Shown in pieces: positions 8,426-17,279 of a stretch of DNA of 64,000 nt (within the stretch, counting starts at the first letter, position 1; each line of letters begins with the position of its first letter). Source of the stretch: a virus. A model generated the notes under the pieces. That model was not told where the DNA came from. It saw only the letters and a program-made list of their open reading frames with translations, and did not search any database. Where the stretch lies: the IMG/VR virus record IMGVR_UViG_3300050821_003619, positions 32,001 to 96,000 of that record; one strand, 5' to 3'. Both the position numbers and the translations under genes were made by a program.

Positions 8426-8473
8426 TGTCTTGCGTACGGTATTGCTTCCCTCGTTGTTTCGTACGGAGGACAC
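8425..8473 (+). promoter_or_regulatory. structured leader element, copy C
   Basis: GTGTCTTGCGTACG...CGTACGGAGGACAC with the same G-G mismatch as copies A and B; covers the RBS of the 8480 gene. Confidence 0.6.
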
Positions 8474-8479
8474 TGAGTT

Positions 8480-8842
8480 ATGAAACATACGCCACAGTAT
8501 GTACACGATTATTACTTTACCAACATCAATCCTGAAACACTCAAAAAGAGAATCAAAAACGCACAACTAATACTCAAAGGTTTGAAGTTTGATGCCATTG
8601 CTTTCTCTGGCATGAGCGGGGCTCTGTTGGGTCCTCCATTGGCTCTCAAGATGGGCAAATCTTTGATTATGGTTAGAAAACCACACAGCGGTAGCCATTC
8701 CAGAAAGCGCGTAGAAGGAGACATGGCTGCTCATACGTATATCATCGTGGATGACTTTCAAGATACCGGCAAGACTGCACGCTACATTAAAGAATCAGTA
8801 GCTGAATTTTCATCTGAAGCAAAGCTGCTGGGAAGTATTTGA
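8480..8842 (+). CDS. type I phosphoribosyltransferase-like protein
   Basis: PRPP-binding motif IIVDDFQDTGKT; VRK motif. Confidence 0.8.
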   Translation: MKHTPQYVHDYYFTNINPETLKKRIKNAQLILKGLKFDAIAFSGMSGALLGPPLALKMGKSLIMVRKPHSGSHSRKRVEGDMAAHTYIIVDDFQDTGKTARYIKESVAEFSSEAKLLGSI

Positions 8843-8896
8843 AATGAATCGGATGCATCTGTATAGAGGTTCACCATTAAAGTTGTCGGAGGTAAA

Positions 8897-9310
8897 ATGA
8901 TCAATGAATCAGATGCTAGACGTACATGGAACGGCTGGACTGAAATCCAGCGACGGGCGTTTTTAGAAGGCTACGAATTCAACACCAGCATAGCGCGGTA
9001 TTCATGGCCTATGCTTCCCTACCCAGTTCAGCAGCTAATGATGCAGGATAAGCACTCTGTAACCCGTGGGCCGATCATCGGCAAATGCGCGAAGTGTGGC
9101 AACGTATACGCATTGGATACTGAGGAGATCGTATGCCCACAATGTGAATTCAAAGGTGTACTGTGGGCATATGAGGGTAACCCGGCTGACCCTGAGGATG
9201 AAACACTAGAGTACATGCGCGACCAGCTAGGTACACCAGAGCTTTCAGAAGGTGACAAACTAGATATAACCGAGCTTAAACGTATTTATGAATTAGAGGA
9301 CCCACGATGA
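8897..9310 (+). CDS. Zn-ribbon protein
   Basis: CxxC...CxxC. Confidence 0.6.
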   Translation: MINESDARRTWNGWTEIQRRAFLEGYEFNTSIARYSWPMLPYPVQQLMMQDKHSVTRGPIIGKCAKCGNVYALDTEEIVCPQCEFKGVLWAYEGNPADPEDETLEYMRDQLGTPELSEGDKLDITELKRIYELEDPR

Positions 9311-9395
9311 CACGAAGGAATGTGCATGTTTGGCTGTGGTGGTTAGGTAAATGCGTTTGCGGCAGATTCAATTGCAGAGAAAAAGGGAGGATCAA

Positions 9396-9779
9396 ATGAA
9401 ACTCGTTATTGACCGTAAAACATGGAGACGTGGCCCACAAGATGAGCAAATTAAGTTAGACGATCCTACAGCTTTGCTTTGCAAAGATGGGGCTAAATGT
9501 TGCTTGGGTTTCTATGCTCTTCAGTGCGGATTAACGAAAGAGCAAATATACGGCATAGGCGAACCTGGACAAATTCCTATGAACGAAGATGATGCAGATT
9601 CTTACTGGCTCAAATTGGTTAAATTCTATGATGATGATTATACTTCTGGTTTGGCTAACACTAGCCTAGCTGCTGAAGCTATGGACATCAACGATGATCC
9701 TAATCTCACAGAAGAAGAACGAGAACAAAAACTTATAAAGATATTCTCCAAGAAAGACATTGAGGTGAAATTCGTATGA
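9396..9779 (+). CDS. conserved phage hypothetical protein
   Basis: GGAGG RBS; IDRxxWxRG...CCLGF...IND. Confidence 0.65.
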   Translation: MKLVIDRKTWRRGPQDEQIKLDDPTALLCKDGAKCCLGFYALQCGLTKEQIYGIGEPGQIPMNEDDADSYWLKLVKFYDDDYTSGLANTSLAAEAMDINDDPNLTEEEREQKLIKIFSKKDIEVKFV

Positions 9780-9915
9780 AACCTGATGGAATCACAAAGA
9801 AGACCAAAGATAATTCTAAGAAGCGCCCATACGAACGCGAACAGTGGCAGAAGAAAAAGAGCGAGGGCCGTCCCAAGCAGCAATTCATTAATGGGCAGTG
9901 GGAGAAGATTCCACA

Positions 9916-10125
9916 ATGAGGTGGAGATGGCTAAAACAACTGGTCTGTCCGCATGAAGACGTAGCTATACGCACGGATGGATCGCGCCTATACGTTAGCT
10001 GTCTCAGGTGTGGCAAGCCGAGTCCCGGCATAACCACGGGGGGCTTCAAGTACGGCCACAAGGCAGTCAAAGACCGATCAATACTGGTAATGAAATCATT
10101 TAGACCTAGGAGAATTAAACGATGA
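9916..10125 (+). CDS. small Zn-binding protein
   Basis: CxH...CxxCG; ATGA overlap with an upstream 47-aa basic ORF (9776..9919). Confidence 0.5.
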   Translation: MRWRWLKQLVCPHEDVAIRTDGSRLYVSCLRCGKPSPGITTGGFKYGHKAVKDRSILVMKSFRPRRIKR

Positions 10126-10448
10126 TTATCTCAACACGTACGTTCTATTTGCGCGACAAGCGGAATTTCCCTATCGCCACAGTTGCCACTGAGTTGAGCG
10201 AGCTTGGTGGGGTTTTCTATGGTATTACATCTTGGAATCCCAAGGATGTATTCGACAAAGCATTGTCTCGGGAGATTGCTATTGGACGCCTTGAGGTAAA
10301 CCCGAGCTATCTGCCCGTGCATGAGAACTTCAAGCGTGCAGTTATTACGGACATTGCCAATCGCCGGGATTTGCCTAAGCGTACGCGTGAAGCGGCTCAA
10401 CGTTGGCTCGATGCTCCACGTACGGAATTCATGGAGGGACCTCTGTGA
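10122..10448 (+). CDS. hypothetical protein
   Basis: AGGAG RBS; PxDxFxKxxxRxIAxGRL motif. Confidence 0.65.
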   Translation: MIISTRTFYLRDKRNFPIATVATELSELGGVFYGITSWNPKDVFDKALSREIAIGRLEVNPSYLPVHENFKRAVITDIANRRDLPKRTREAAQRWLDAPRTEFMEGPL

Positions 10449-10522
10449 TTGAAAAGGAAGAGTACGATTTTGAAGATGATGATGAGGAAGACTTTGAAAG
10501 TGAAGACGAAGAAATCAATTGA
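10445..10522 (+). CDS. 25-aa hyperacidic peptide
   Basis: GGAGG RBS and GTGA overlap; MIEKEEYDFEDDDEEDFESEDEEIN. Confidence 0.55.
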   Translation: MIEKEEYDFEDDDEEDFESEDEEIN

Positions 10523-10524
10523 AT

Positions 10525-10553
10525 TTGACAAATTGACATATTCGTGATAGAAT
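10525..10553 (+). promoter_or_regulatory. strong sigma70-like promoter
   Basis: TTGACA-17 bp-TAGAAT with TGn extension. Confidence 0.75.
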
Positions 10554-10596
10554 GATTAATCATCTAAATTCAGGTCCGGTTCAGAAAGGACGCTTA

Positions 10597-10821
10597 TTGA
10601 AGTTCCTAAAAGTAGTAACTATATTTGCCACATTCCCAGAGTTTAAATCGGGAGCCATGTATCAACGCGGCAAGGGCAAAGCGTCTACATTACGCGCAGC
10701 CAGCGCAAGAGCCTTGGGCGATCTGCTCAAACAACCTAAAGTAAAAGGCAAGCGGTTTAGCACATTCACAGCGACGGTTTCCATCGGCAAGGAAGCTGTT
10801 GAGGAAGGAGGTGCCGAATGA
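10597..10821 (+). CDS. hypothetical basic protein
   Basis: GAAAGGA RBS then TTG 10597; the track start at 10552 lies in the -10 box. Confidence 0.55.
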   Translation: MKFLKVVTIFATFPEFKSGAMYQRGKGKASTLRAASARALGDLLKQPKVKGKRFSTFTATVSIGKEAVEEGGAE

Positions 10822-11312
10822 AAATGTACTTGATAGGCAGTGAGTTCGATGGGTACTGCAAGATTGGCAAATCAGAATACTCAGAGCTAAGAGCACAAGC
10901 CCTAGATCGACCTAAGCTTCCTTTCCCAATAAAAGTCTTAGCAGAGTTCGATGCTCAAGGAGAAGCCGATAGAGTTGAAAAAGAACTCCATGCCTATTTT
11001 GAGCATAAGACGGCCAGAGGCGAATGGTTCACGTACATACGACCAGAGATTTTTCTGAGGAAAGCTGAGCAATTCACAGGCCCAAATCCAAAACCGGGAC
11101 GAACAGAGTTTCCTTTGACTAGAAAGGGAGGCATAGGATTTGAAAAATGGGTAGAACAAATGGAAAAGGATTGGAAACTGAAATCTGCAGAAGAGAAAGA
11201 GCAAATATACAAGGGATTAGACGCTTTAGAACTGGAGCGTAAAACTCTGAAAGCGGAAAGGATAAGAAATGCGCGTCAAGCTAGAAAACATACTGCCCAA
11301 CCCGTTTCGTGA
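10818..11312 (+). CDS. GIY-YIG nuclease, T5orf172/MUG113-like
   Basis: YLIG...KIGxS...R...L...PF...ExxLHxxF...GEWF. Confidence 0.75.
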   Translation: MKMYLIGSEFDGYCKIGKSEYSELRAQALDRPKLPFPIKVLAEFDAQGEADRVEKELHAYFEHKTARGEWFTYIRPEIFLRKAEQFTGPNPKPGRTEFPLTRKGGIGFEKWVEQMEKDWKLKSAEEKEQIYKGLDALELERKTLKAERIRNARQARKHTAQPVS

Positions 11313-12759
11313 TCTTGAAAGAAATCCTTTGGTACCAATTAAAATCGAAGAATTACGAGCTTCTATTCGGCAGACTGGCTACTGGGACAACGTAGTTGTT
11401 CGTCAAAGAAAAGATGGAAAATTTGAACTGGCCTACGGTCACCACCGTTTAGAGGCTGCAAAATTGGAAGGTATAACAGAAGCCGATTTCATTGTGAAAG
11501 ATTTTGATGACGCCACCATGATTAAGGTCATGAGTGCCGAAAACAATGATGCATATGGTTATACAATTTTGTCTTTAATTGAAGTGGTGCGAGCAGCCGT
11601 AAATGCTCTGGCTGATGGACGTATTCCTACTTTTGAAATACCAAAAGACACCAAAAAAGAATACATTCGTTATGCTCCCTCATTCTCTTCAGGAGGTAAA
11701 GCACCTGCCGCAAACTTTGCGGCACGTCCTTATACTGCGGTTGCCTTGGCTGATTTTTTGGGGTACACTAGAAAAGATGGACGTGGAAGAATTCAGGCAG
11801 ACACCAACATTCAAGCTGCATTAAGAGCCTTAGAATTAATACAAGAAGGTGTCTACACAGAAAATACTTTGAAAGATTGGAAAGTAGCCCAGCTTTTAAA
11901 GAACACTCAAGACCGCTGGGACATGCTCCAGAGACAAAGGGAGCAGGCAGCAAAGAAAAAAGAAGACGAGGCTGAACGCCTGCGTATCGAGCAAAGACGT
12001 AAAGCAGAACAGGAGGAACGAGAGGCCATTATAGAGGAGTCTCGAAAAAAGAAAGCAGAAGCTGAGCGTAAACGACGCGAAGCCGAAGCTGCTGAGAATG
12101 CCAAGGCTGTGGCTCAAGCCGAAGAGCGTCGAGCAAAGCTTGAGGAAGAAGAAAAACTCCGCTTATTGAAAGCCCACAAAACTGCTGTAAGAAAAGCCCT
12201 CGATAAATACACCTCTGCCATATCTGTTACGGAAGGTGTAGCTATCGAGAAGGCAGTTAAACAGGCTGAGGAAATACTGGAGTCAAAAGACAGCACGGCT
12301 GCAGTTAAACTCACTGAACAACTCTCAACTCTCTCACGAAAAGTAACAGATAAATATCTTGAACAACAAAAAGTTGAGCAAGAGAGTGCCGAGCGTGAAC
12401 GCAAAGAACTAGCGGTACGCAACATGGTCAAAGCACTCTACCAAAAGATTGAACGCATAATGTCAGAAGAGGACCCATTGCGTGAAGTCATTAAGAGTGC
12501 GGCACGCAACCCTGAAGTTAACCTTAAGGAACGTGATCTACTCCATAGAGCCATGAAGGACGCTGCTGAAAGAGTGAATCAGTGGGCAGGTAAGTTTGCC
12601 AAAGCCGGTAAAGTGGATGTTCTGGCTGAAGCATACAAAAAAGAAGATGCCAAGCGTAAACTCGATGTCAAGGAAGAAGAGGTGCCGGTCATCGAGAAGG
12701 AAATAACCACCAAAAAAGCCTCCGCAGTCAAACCTAAAGAGAAGAAAGGAAAGAAATGA
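11269..12759 (+). CDS. ParB/Srx N-terminal domain protein with long charged coiled coil
   Basis: PNPFR...ELxxSIxxxG...VVR...LAYGHHRLxAA. Confidence 0.8.
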   Translation: MRVKLENILPNPFRDLERNPLVPIKIEELRASIRQTGYWDNVVVRQRKDGKFELAYGHHRLEAAKLEGITEADFIVKDFDDATMIKVMSAENNDAYGYTILSLIEVVRAAVNALADGRIPTFEIPKDTKKEYIRYAPSFSSGGKAPAANFAARPYTAVALADFLGYTRKDGRGRIQADTNIQAALRALELIQEGVYTENTLKDWKVAQLLKNTQDRWDMLQRQREQAAKKKEDEAERLRIEQRRKAEQEEREAIIEESRKKKAEAERKRREAEAAENAKAVAQAEERRAKLEEEEKLRLLKAHKTAVRKALDKYTSAISVTEGVAIEKAVKQAEEILESKDSTAAVKLTEQLSTLSRKVTDKYLEQQKVEQESAERERKELAVRNMVKALYQKIERIMSEEDPLREVIKSAARNPEVNLKERDLLHRAMKDAAERVNQWAGKFAKAGKVDVLAEAYKKEDAKRKLDVKEEEVPVIEKEITTKKASAVKPKEKKGKK

Positions 12760-13546
12760 AGCTTGACCTTTTAACTTTACATAACGACGATATGGGCTCA
12801 GTGGTGGGAGACTTCCATGGTACTCCCATCAAGGCCTACTATCCTGAAACTGCGGAGGCTCGTTCATATCTGTACCTGTACGAGATTACGCGACGTTCCA
12901 TGGAGAAAGAAAAGGAACGCCATGCACACAACGGATGACTCAGGATTGATAGTGCGAGTTGCTGATATGGCAGAAGGGCTAAAAGGCTTTGAAGCTTTGG
13001 ACCCAGACCTAGAATTAAGTGAAGTGAAAGCCATTAATGAAGCAAGAGACGCACGTTTATTGCAGTTGCTTGTAGACCGTCCTGATTTATATGAAGCACG
13101 TAGGGCTTACATTTTGAAGGAGGACACACCTTCGTAATGTACCCATATAGAGACGAACAACAGCAAGCAGCGTTAGAACACTTGGCACATGGACCGTATG
13201 CCAGCGACGATAAACCGTACCTTTCAACTCAAAGATATTCTTTGTCTGGCTACGAACCGCACAACATCGCGGATAAACAGGCAGTCGATGCTCAGGGTGT
13301 AATTGAAAATTGGATTTGGTATAATACTTTGTATCGTATGAAAGTTGGAGGTTAGGATTGCCTATTGAAAACCAGAAAGACCTTGTGACCCGTCAAAGGG
13401 AAATGAAAGCACGCATGAAAGAACTGAGAAAAGCTGATCCTGACAAATGGCGTAAACAGGAATTAGCTGATGCACGTATTCTAGATGCTAATTTTCCCAA
13501 AGACAATGCAGGCCACAGGAGAAGTGCCGACCGCCAATATGCCTAA
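12756..13546 (+). other. four small co-oriented hypothetical genes (12756..12938, ~12922..13137, 13137..13355, 13358..13546)
   Basis: tandem ORFs with RBSs and overlapping start/stop codons. Confidence 0.55.
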
Positions 13547-13991
13547 AGTACTTACTGCACCCGAGATGAAGGCACGCTTGTTCAAAAGATTTTGGAATAA
13601 GGTGCTTCTCGGGGATGAATGCTGGGAATGGCAAGGCTCCATAAACAACATGGGCTATGGAAAAATACAAGTACGTATGGACGACGGTTATCATGCAGTG
13701 TATGCTCATAGAGTATCTTGGTTTCTTGCTACAGGAGAATGGCCCACAGAACAAGTTTTGCATCGATGTGACAATACTAGATGTGTTCGCCATGGACATC
13801 ATTTTCAGGGAACACAAAAAGACAACATGCAGGATGCCTCAGAAAAAGGCAGAACCAGTGGAGGTGGAGCAAATAAAACTCACTGTAAACGTGGCCACAA
13901 TTTAGACAATGCCTATTTAAATGGAGGCAAAAGACACTGTAGAATATGTCGTAGAGATTATAAAAAGCTTAGGAGAATGAGTGAGTCTTGA
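13539..13991 (+). CDS. free-standing HNH homing endonuclease
   Basis: RFWxKV...CWEWxG...GYG...AHRVSW...VLHRCDNxxCV..H...GTQxDN; KTHCKRGH...CRIC. Confidence 0.85.
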   Translation: MPKVLTAPEMKARLFKRFWNKVLLGDECWEWQGSINNMGYGKIQVRMDDGYHAVYAHRVSWFLATGEWPTEQVLHRCDNTRCVRHGHHFQGTQKDNMQDASEKGRTSGGGANKTHCKRGHNLDNAYLNGGKRHCRICRRDYKKLRRMSES

Positions 13992-15369
13992 TGCATTTTT
14001 AGAAAAGTTTCATAAAGAAGAAACTTTTGATACAGAGCAGAACATGGCTTACTGTATGGCTGATGCTCCAAATGCATTAGCAACATTCATGTCTAAGTTT
14101 AGTCCAAACATGGAATCGATATGGTTCTATGAGGGTAAATGCGAGATCAGATTCGATAAAGAATCACATAGATATTACAGAGTTGAAGAACTAGGAAACC
14201 TAACTCTTCTACGTGGAGTAACAAACGTAGTCCACATCATAGATCGTTCCATGGCTCTTATGCCGTGGGCAGCTAAGAAGGTGGCCGAGAAGATGATTAG
14301 GTTGGTAGCCACTGAAACAAGAGATGGGCAAATTTATCTTGTACCGATGACTCTGGCGTACTTCACTCAGCTTGTTATGGAAGCTAAGAAGGCTCCTAAC
14401 GAAGAGAAGGAAGAAGCAGGCGACATTGGGCACATGGCCCATGCATGCTTGGAAGATTCAATCCGGCATGCATTGGATCACACCGAAGACCACATTGTTC
14501 GTGAACTAAAAAATCTCCCCACAGATGAGAAGGCTGCAACCGCAGCTAACTCAGCATTCAATTGGATGAAGGCGCATAATGTGCGCTGGATTGAAACAGA
14601 AGGGAAGATATATTCTAAACAGTATGGCTACGCGGGAACAATGGATGGCCTTGCTTACGTTGACTCTTGTACTGATCGTACATGTTGTCGTAGTAGTTTC
14701 ACTAATCATCTCAGCCTTATCGATTGGAAATCTTCGAACTATCTTTATATCGAGTTTCTTTTCCAGACTGCGAGCTATCAGCACGCGAAGCAAGAAGAAT
14801 CTGGTATCAAGATTGAGGATCGCTGGGTTCTAAGGCTAGGAAAGAATGAAGACGAAGCTGGTAAATTCGAACCATGGTATATGGGACCGGAGGACTTCCA
14901 GCAAGACTTAGACGGTTTCTTAGCTTGTTTACGTCTGGTAGAATTGGTTGACTCAGTTACAGATCGCATGAAGAACCAAAAAGCTCTTATTAAAGGAGTA
15001 AAGAAGGAAGTACGAGAGACTCAGAAAGCAATAGAGAAGGCAGAAGAAAAGCTGGAGAAAGCCCGAGCCAAAGCCTTTAAGAAGACTCAGAGAGAAGCCG
15101 AAAAGGAGTTGGCTAATAAGAAAGCCGAAGAGGATAAGAACGCTCTGCGTATTGCTCGTGCTGCTGAGAAGGCACGCGTTAAAGAAGAAGCCCGAGCACT
15201 CAGGGAAACAGTTAAGCAAACCAACGCGGTAGCAAGCAAAACTATCCCAGAGCCTAAACCTGTAGAGATACCAGCAATTGTTAGTGCACGTCCCAAATCG
15301 GGATGGGCAGAGTTTGAAGAAGAAACCGTAGTTAAACCAAGAGTATTTACTATACCGGAGGAAGATTGA
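13981..15369 (+). CDS. PD-(D/E)XK exonuclease (Cas4/RecE-like) with charged C-terminal helix
   Basis: GxxxH, E...YAGTxD...IDWKSS, QxxxY. Confidence 0.75.
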   Translation: MSLDAFLEKFHKEETFDTEQNMAYCMADAPNALATFMSKFSPNMESIWFYEGKCEIRFDKESHRYYRVEELGNLTLLRGVTNVVHIIDRSMALMPWAAKKVAEKMIRLVATETRDGQIYLVPMTLAYFTQLVMEAKKAPNEEKEEAGDIGHMAHACLEDSIRHALDHTEDHIVRELKNLPTDEKAATAANSAFNWMKAHNVRWIETEGKIYSKQYGYAGTMDGLAYVDSCTDRTCCRSSFTNHLSLIDWKSSNYLYIEFLFQTASYQHAKQEESGIKIEDRWVLRLGKNEDEAGKFEPWYMGPEDFQQDLDGFLACLRLVELVDSVTDRMKNQKALIKGVKKEVRETQKAIEKAEEKLEKARAKAFKKTQREAEKELANKKAEEDKNALRIARAAEKARVKEEARALRETVKQTNAVASKTIPEPKPVEIPAIVSARPKSGWAEFEEETVVKPRVFTIPEED

Positions 15370-16340
15370 GCGATAGCAACGAATCATTAACCGTTCTGAA
15401 CAATCAGAATGCGCTGGCTGTAGGTGGAGTAGGCCTCGGGTCAGCTTTGTTCAAGGCACGTCCTAGCACTATTCAGTTGGTTCCAAAGTCAACACGTCAA
15501 GAGGGAGCTATCCCCGGCACGTTCCGCAATATCACCACCGGCGAACGCCTAGGGGTTGCCGATGAAAACGGAAACATCGTTAAGGATGAAATCCGAGTAG
15601 TCATGCTGGCTGTGCCTCAAGAGAAGCGTGAGTATTACTTGAACGATGGCAAGACGTACAGCAAGGACATGAAGGAATGCTTCAGCGTAAACAACGTGAC
15701 ACCTCACGACCGCGCTAAGAATCCTCCTGCTATGTACTGCGCTACTTGCCCTATGGGGGATGTTAACTGGGAGAAGTGGCGTAAGGGTGGAAAGAATCCT
15801 AAGGACCTGCCACCTTGCCAGATGTATTACGGTTTGTTTCTGGCCGAACGCAATACGCAGACACCCTACAACATCGACGTGAAGGGCAAAAGCGTAGGGC
15901 CATTTAAGCAGGCCATGGAAACTCAGATGGCTGGTCTGTTGGCAAAGATTCAAACCAACGTAGTCATGCTGAACAAAAGCCGTGGTTATAAGCTGAATAA
16001 AACTTCAGGACAGTTTGAATTCGTTGGGTTACCTGAAGGTGTAACGGAGAAAGTTGCACCAGAACCAATGCCTAATATCTTTGACATCGTATTCACGATC
16101 TACTCTAACCGTAAGGACGGAGATATTGTGATGGGCTTCAAAGATTTTGCTCGCATGAAGGCAGAGGATCGTGCAGAGTTTGGCGACTTGTACAACGAAT
16201 TCCTACAGCGTAAGCAGCAGGCAGCACAGGTTGCACAAGCTGAGCCTGAGGAAAGTGAAGAAGCACAAGGCAACGCGGCAGTAACTGAAGCAGTAGATGG
16301 GGAATACGTAGACACTAACGACGAACCCATCACAATTTAA
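15366..16340 (+). CDS. putative ssDNA-binding/recombination protein
   Basis: follows the exonuclease; C...CxxC...C Zn ligands; acidic C-terminal tail; TTG start. Confidence 0.55.
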   Translation: MSDSNESLTVLNNQNALAVGGVGLGSALFKARPSTIQLVPKSTRQEGAIPGTFRNITTGERLGVADENGNIVKDEIRVVMLAVPQEKREYYLNDGKTYSKDMKECFSVNNVTPHDRAKNPPAMYCATCPMGDVNWEKWRKGGKNPKDLPPCQMYYGLFLAERNTQTPYNIDVKGKSVGPFKQAMETQMAGLLAKIQTNVVMLNKSRGYKLNKTSGQFEFVGLPEGVTEKVAPEPMPNIFDIVFTIYSNRKDGDIVMGFKDFARMKAEDRAEFGDLYNEFLQRKQQAAQVAQAEPEESEEAQGNAAVTEAVDGEYVDTNDEPITI

Positions 16341-16350
16341 AGGAGAATAC

Positions 16351-16692
16351 ATGAAAGCTTTGTTCACCACATTTGTACTTGCCCTCGCACTGCTGGCCTC
16401 GGCTCACACAGCCACGGCTAATGATGACGAGAACGTGTATGTTAACGGACAGTATCTCAGTAGCGACGGAGACAACTACGGAATGACCTTCTCCGTAAGC
16501 AGTTCTGTTCCTGAGCCTACATGCGTGTTTCCATATGTCACCAGCAGTGACAATGTGGTGGGCGGGGTTGGTAGCCCTTACCAACTCGGAGCTAATGAGC
16601 AGAACGTGCACATTGGTCAGTTTAACCGAGCCGATAGCTCTCGTGGCTGGTCGGTTCAAGTGAGTGCACGTTGGCATCGTGGAGGCTGCTAG
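16351..16692 (+). CDS. secreted beta-rich protein
   Basis: Sec signal ending ATA. Confidence 0.65.
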   Translation: MKALFTTFVLALALLASAHTATANDDENVYVNGQYLSSDGDNYGMTFSVSSSVPEPTCVFPYVTSSDNVVGGVGSPYQLGANEQNVHIGQFNRADSSRGWSVQVSARWHRGGC

Positions 16693-16856
16693 TGCTCAAG
16701 TGGATTCGTAGTTTAGGATTCTGGGGCATGTTCGTTGGGGCAATGGGAGCGCTGAATGCTCTCATTCAGAATGACTGGGGGATCGTAGGGTTAGGTATTG
16801 TTTTCGTTTTGTTGTCCTACGGTTGGTACTGGTTATTCGGCAAGTTCACCACGTAA
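16692..16856 (+). CDS. two-TM membrane protein
   Basis: GGAGG RBS then GTG 16692; two hydrophobic segments. Confidence 0.55.
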   Translation: MLKWIRSLGFWGMFVGAMGALNALIQNDWGIVGLGIVFVLLSYGWYWLFGKFTT

Positions 16857-17250
16857 AGTTACGCACGTATGAGGTAATCGCAAAGCCTATCGGACACGGG
16901 TTCGACTCCCGTCGCCTCCACCAAGCTACTCACGATGAATACCGGCTGACCCCAGCGTCTAGCGCGGAATCACGGCTAGGCCCGAGACGAATGCATCGTT
17001 ATCGGGAAAGTCGAGGATAATTCTCGTCTGGGTGAGTAGCTTAATGGGGGCGTCACGGCTTCGACGGTGGGAACTGAGGGATTTACTGACGTGCCGTTAT
17101 CGTACGCCGTTCGTTATACGGAGTGCAAAAACACAAATGCTAAGACTAACAAGTCTCGCAAGGCCTATGGCATGTTCTTCGGTGGAAACACTGTTGGACA
17201 GCTTTCTGTAGCTGCCTAAAAGGGTGGGAGCCTCACAAGGGCTCCCTTCC
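16857..17250 (+). ncRNA. ssrA: circularly permuted (two-piece) tmRNA
   Basis: acceptor piece with T-arm GGTTCGACTCC ending CGCCTCC-A-CCA (16923); coding piece starts GGGGGCG (17046), giving a G3-U70 pair; helix 2 pairs across the pieces; tag frame 17139..17219 ends VAA-stop; hairpin 17226-17246. Confidence 0.92.
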
Positions 17251-17279
17251 GATATCCTCCCCAACAAACAGGAGAAACC

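Noticed and set aside
13539-13991. group I intron around the HNH gene
   Set aside because: The HNH ORF overlaps both neighbours, leaving no room for an intron core, and the neighbours look intact
16892-16923. tRNA gene
   Set aside because: Only a T-arm and acceptor 3' strand are present; the matching 5' strand lies downstream and there is no anticodon arm, so this is the permuted tmRNA
16823-17020. 65-aa ORF
   Set aside because: Overlies the tmRNA, with no clear RBS or protein features
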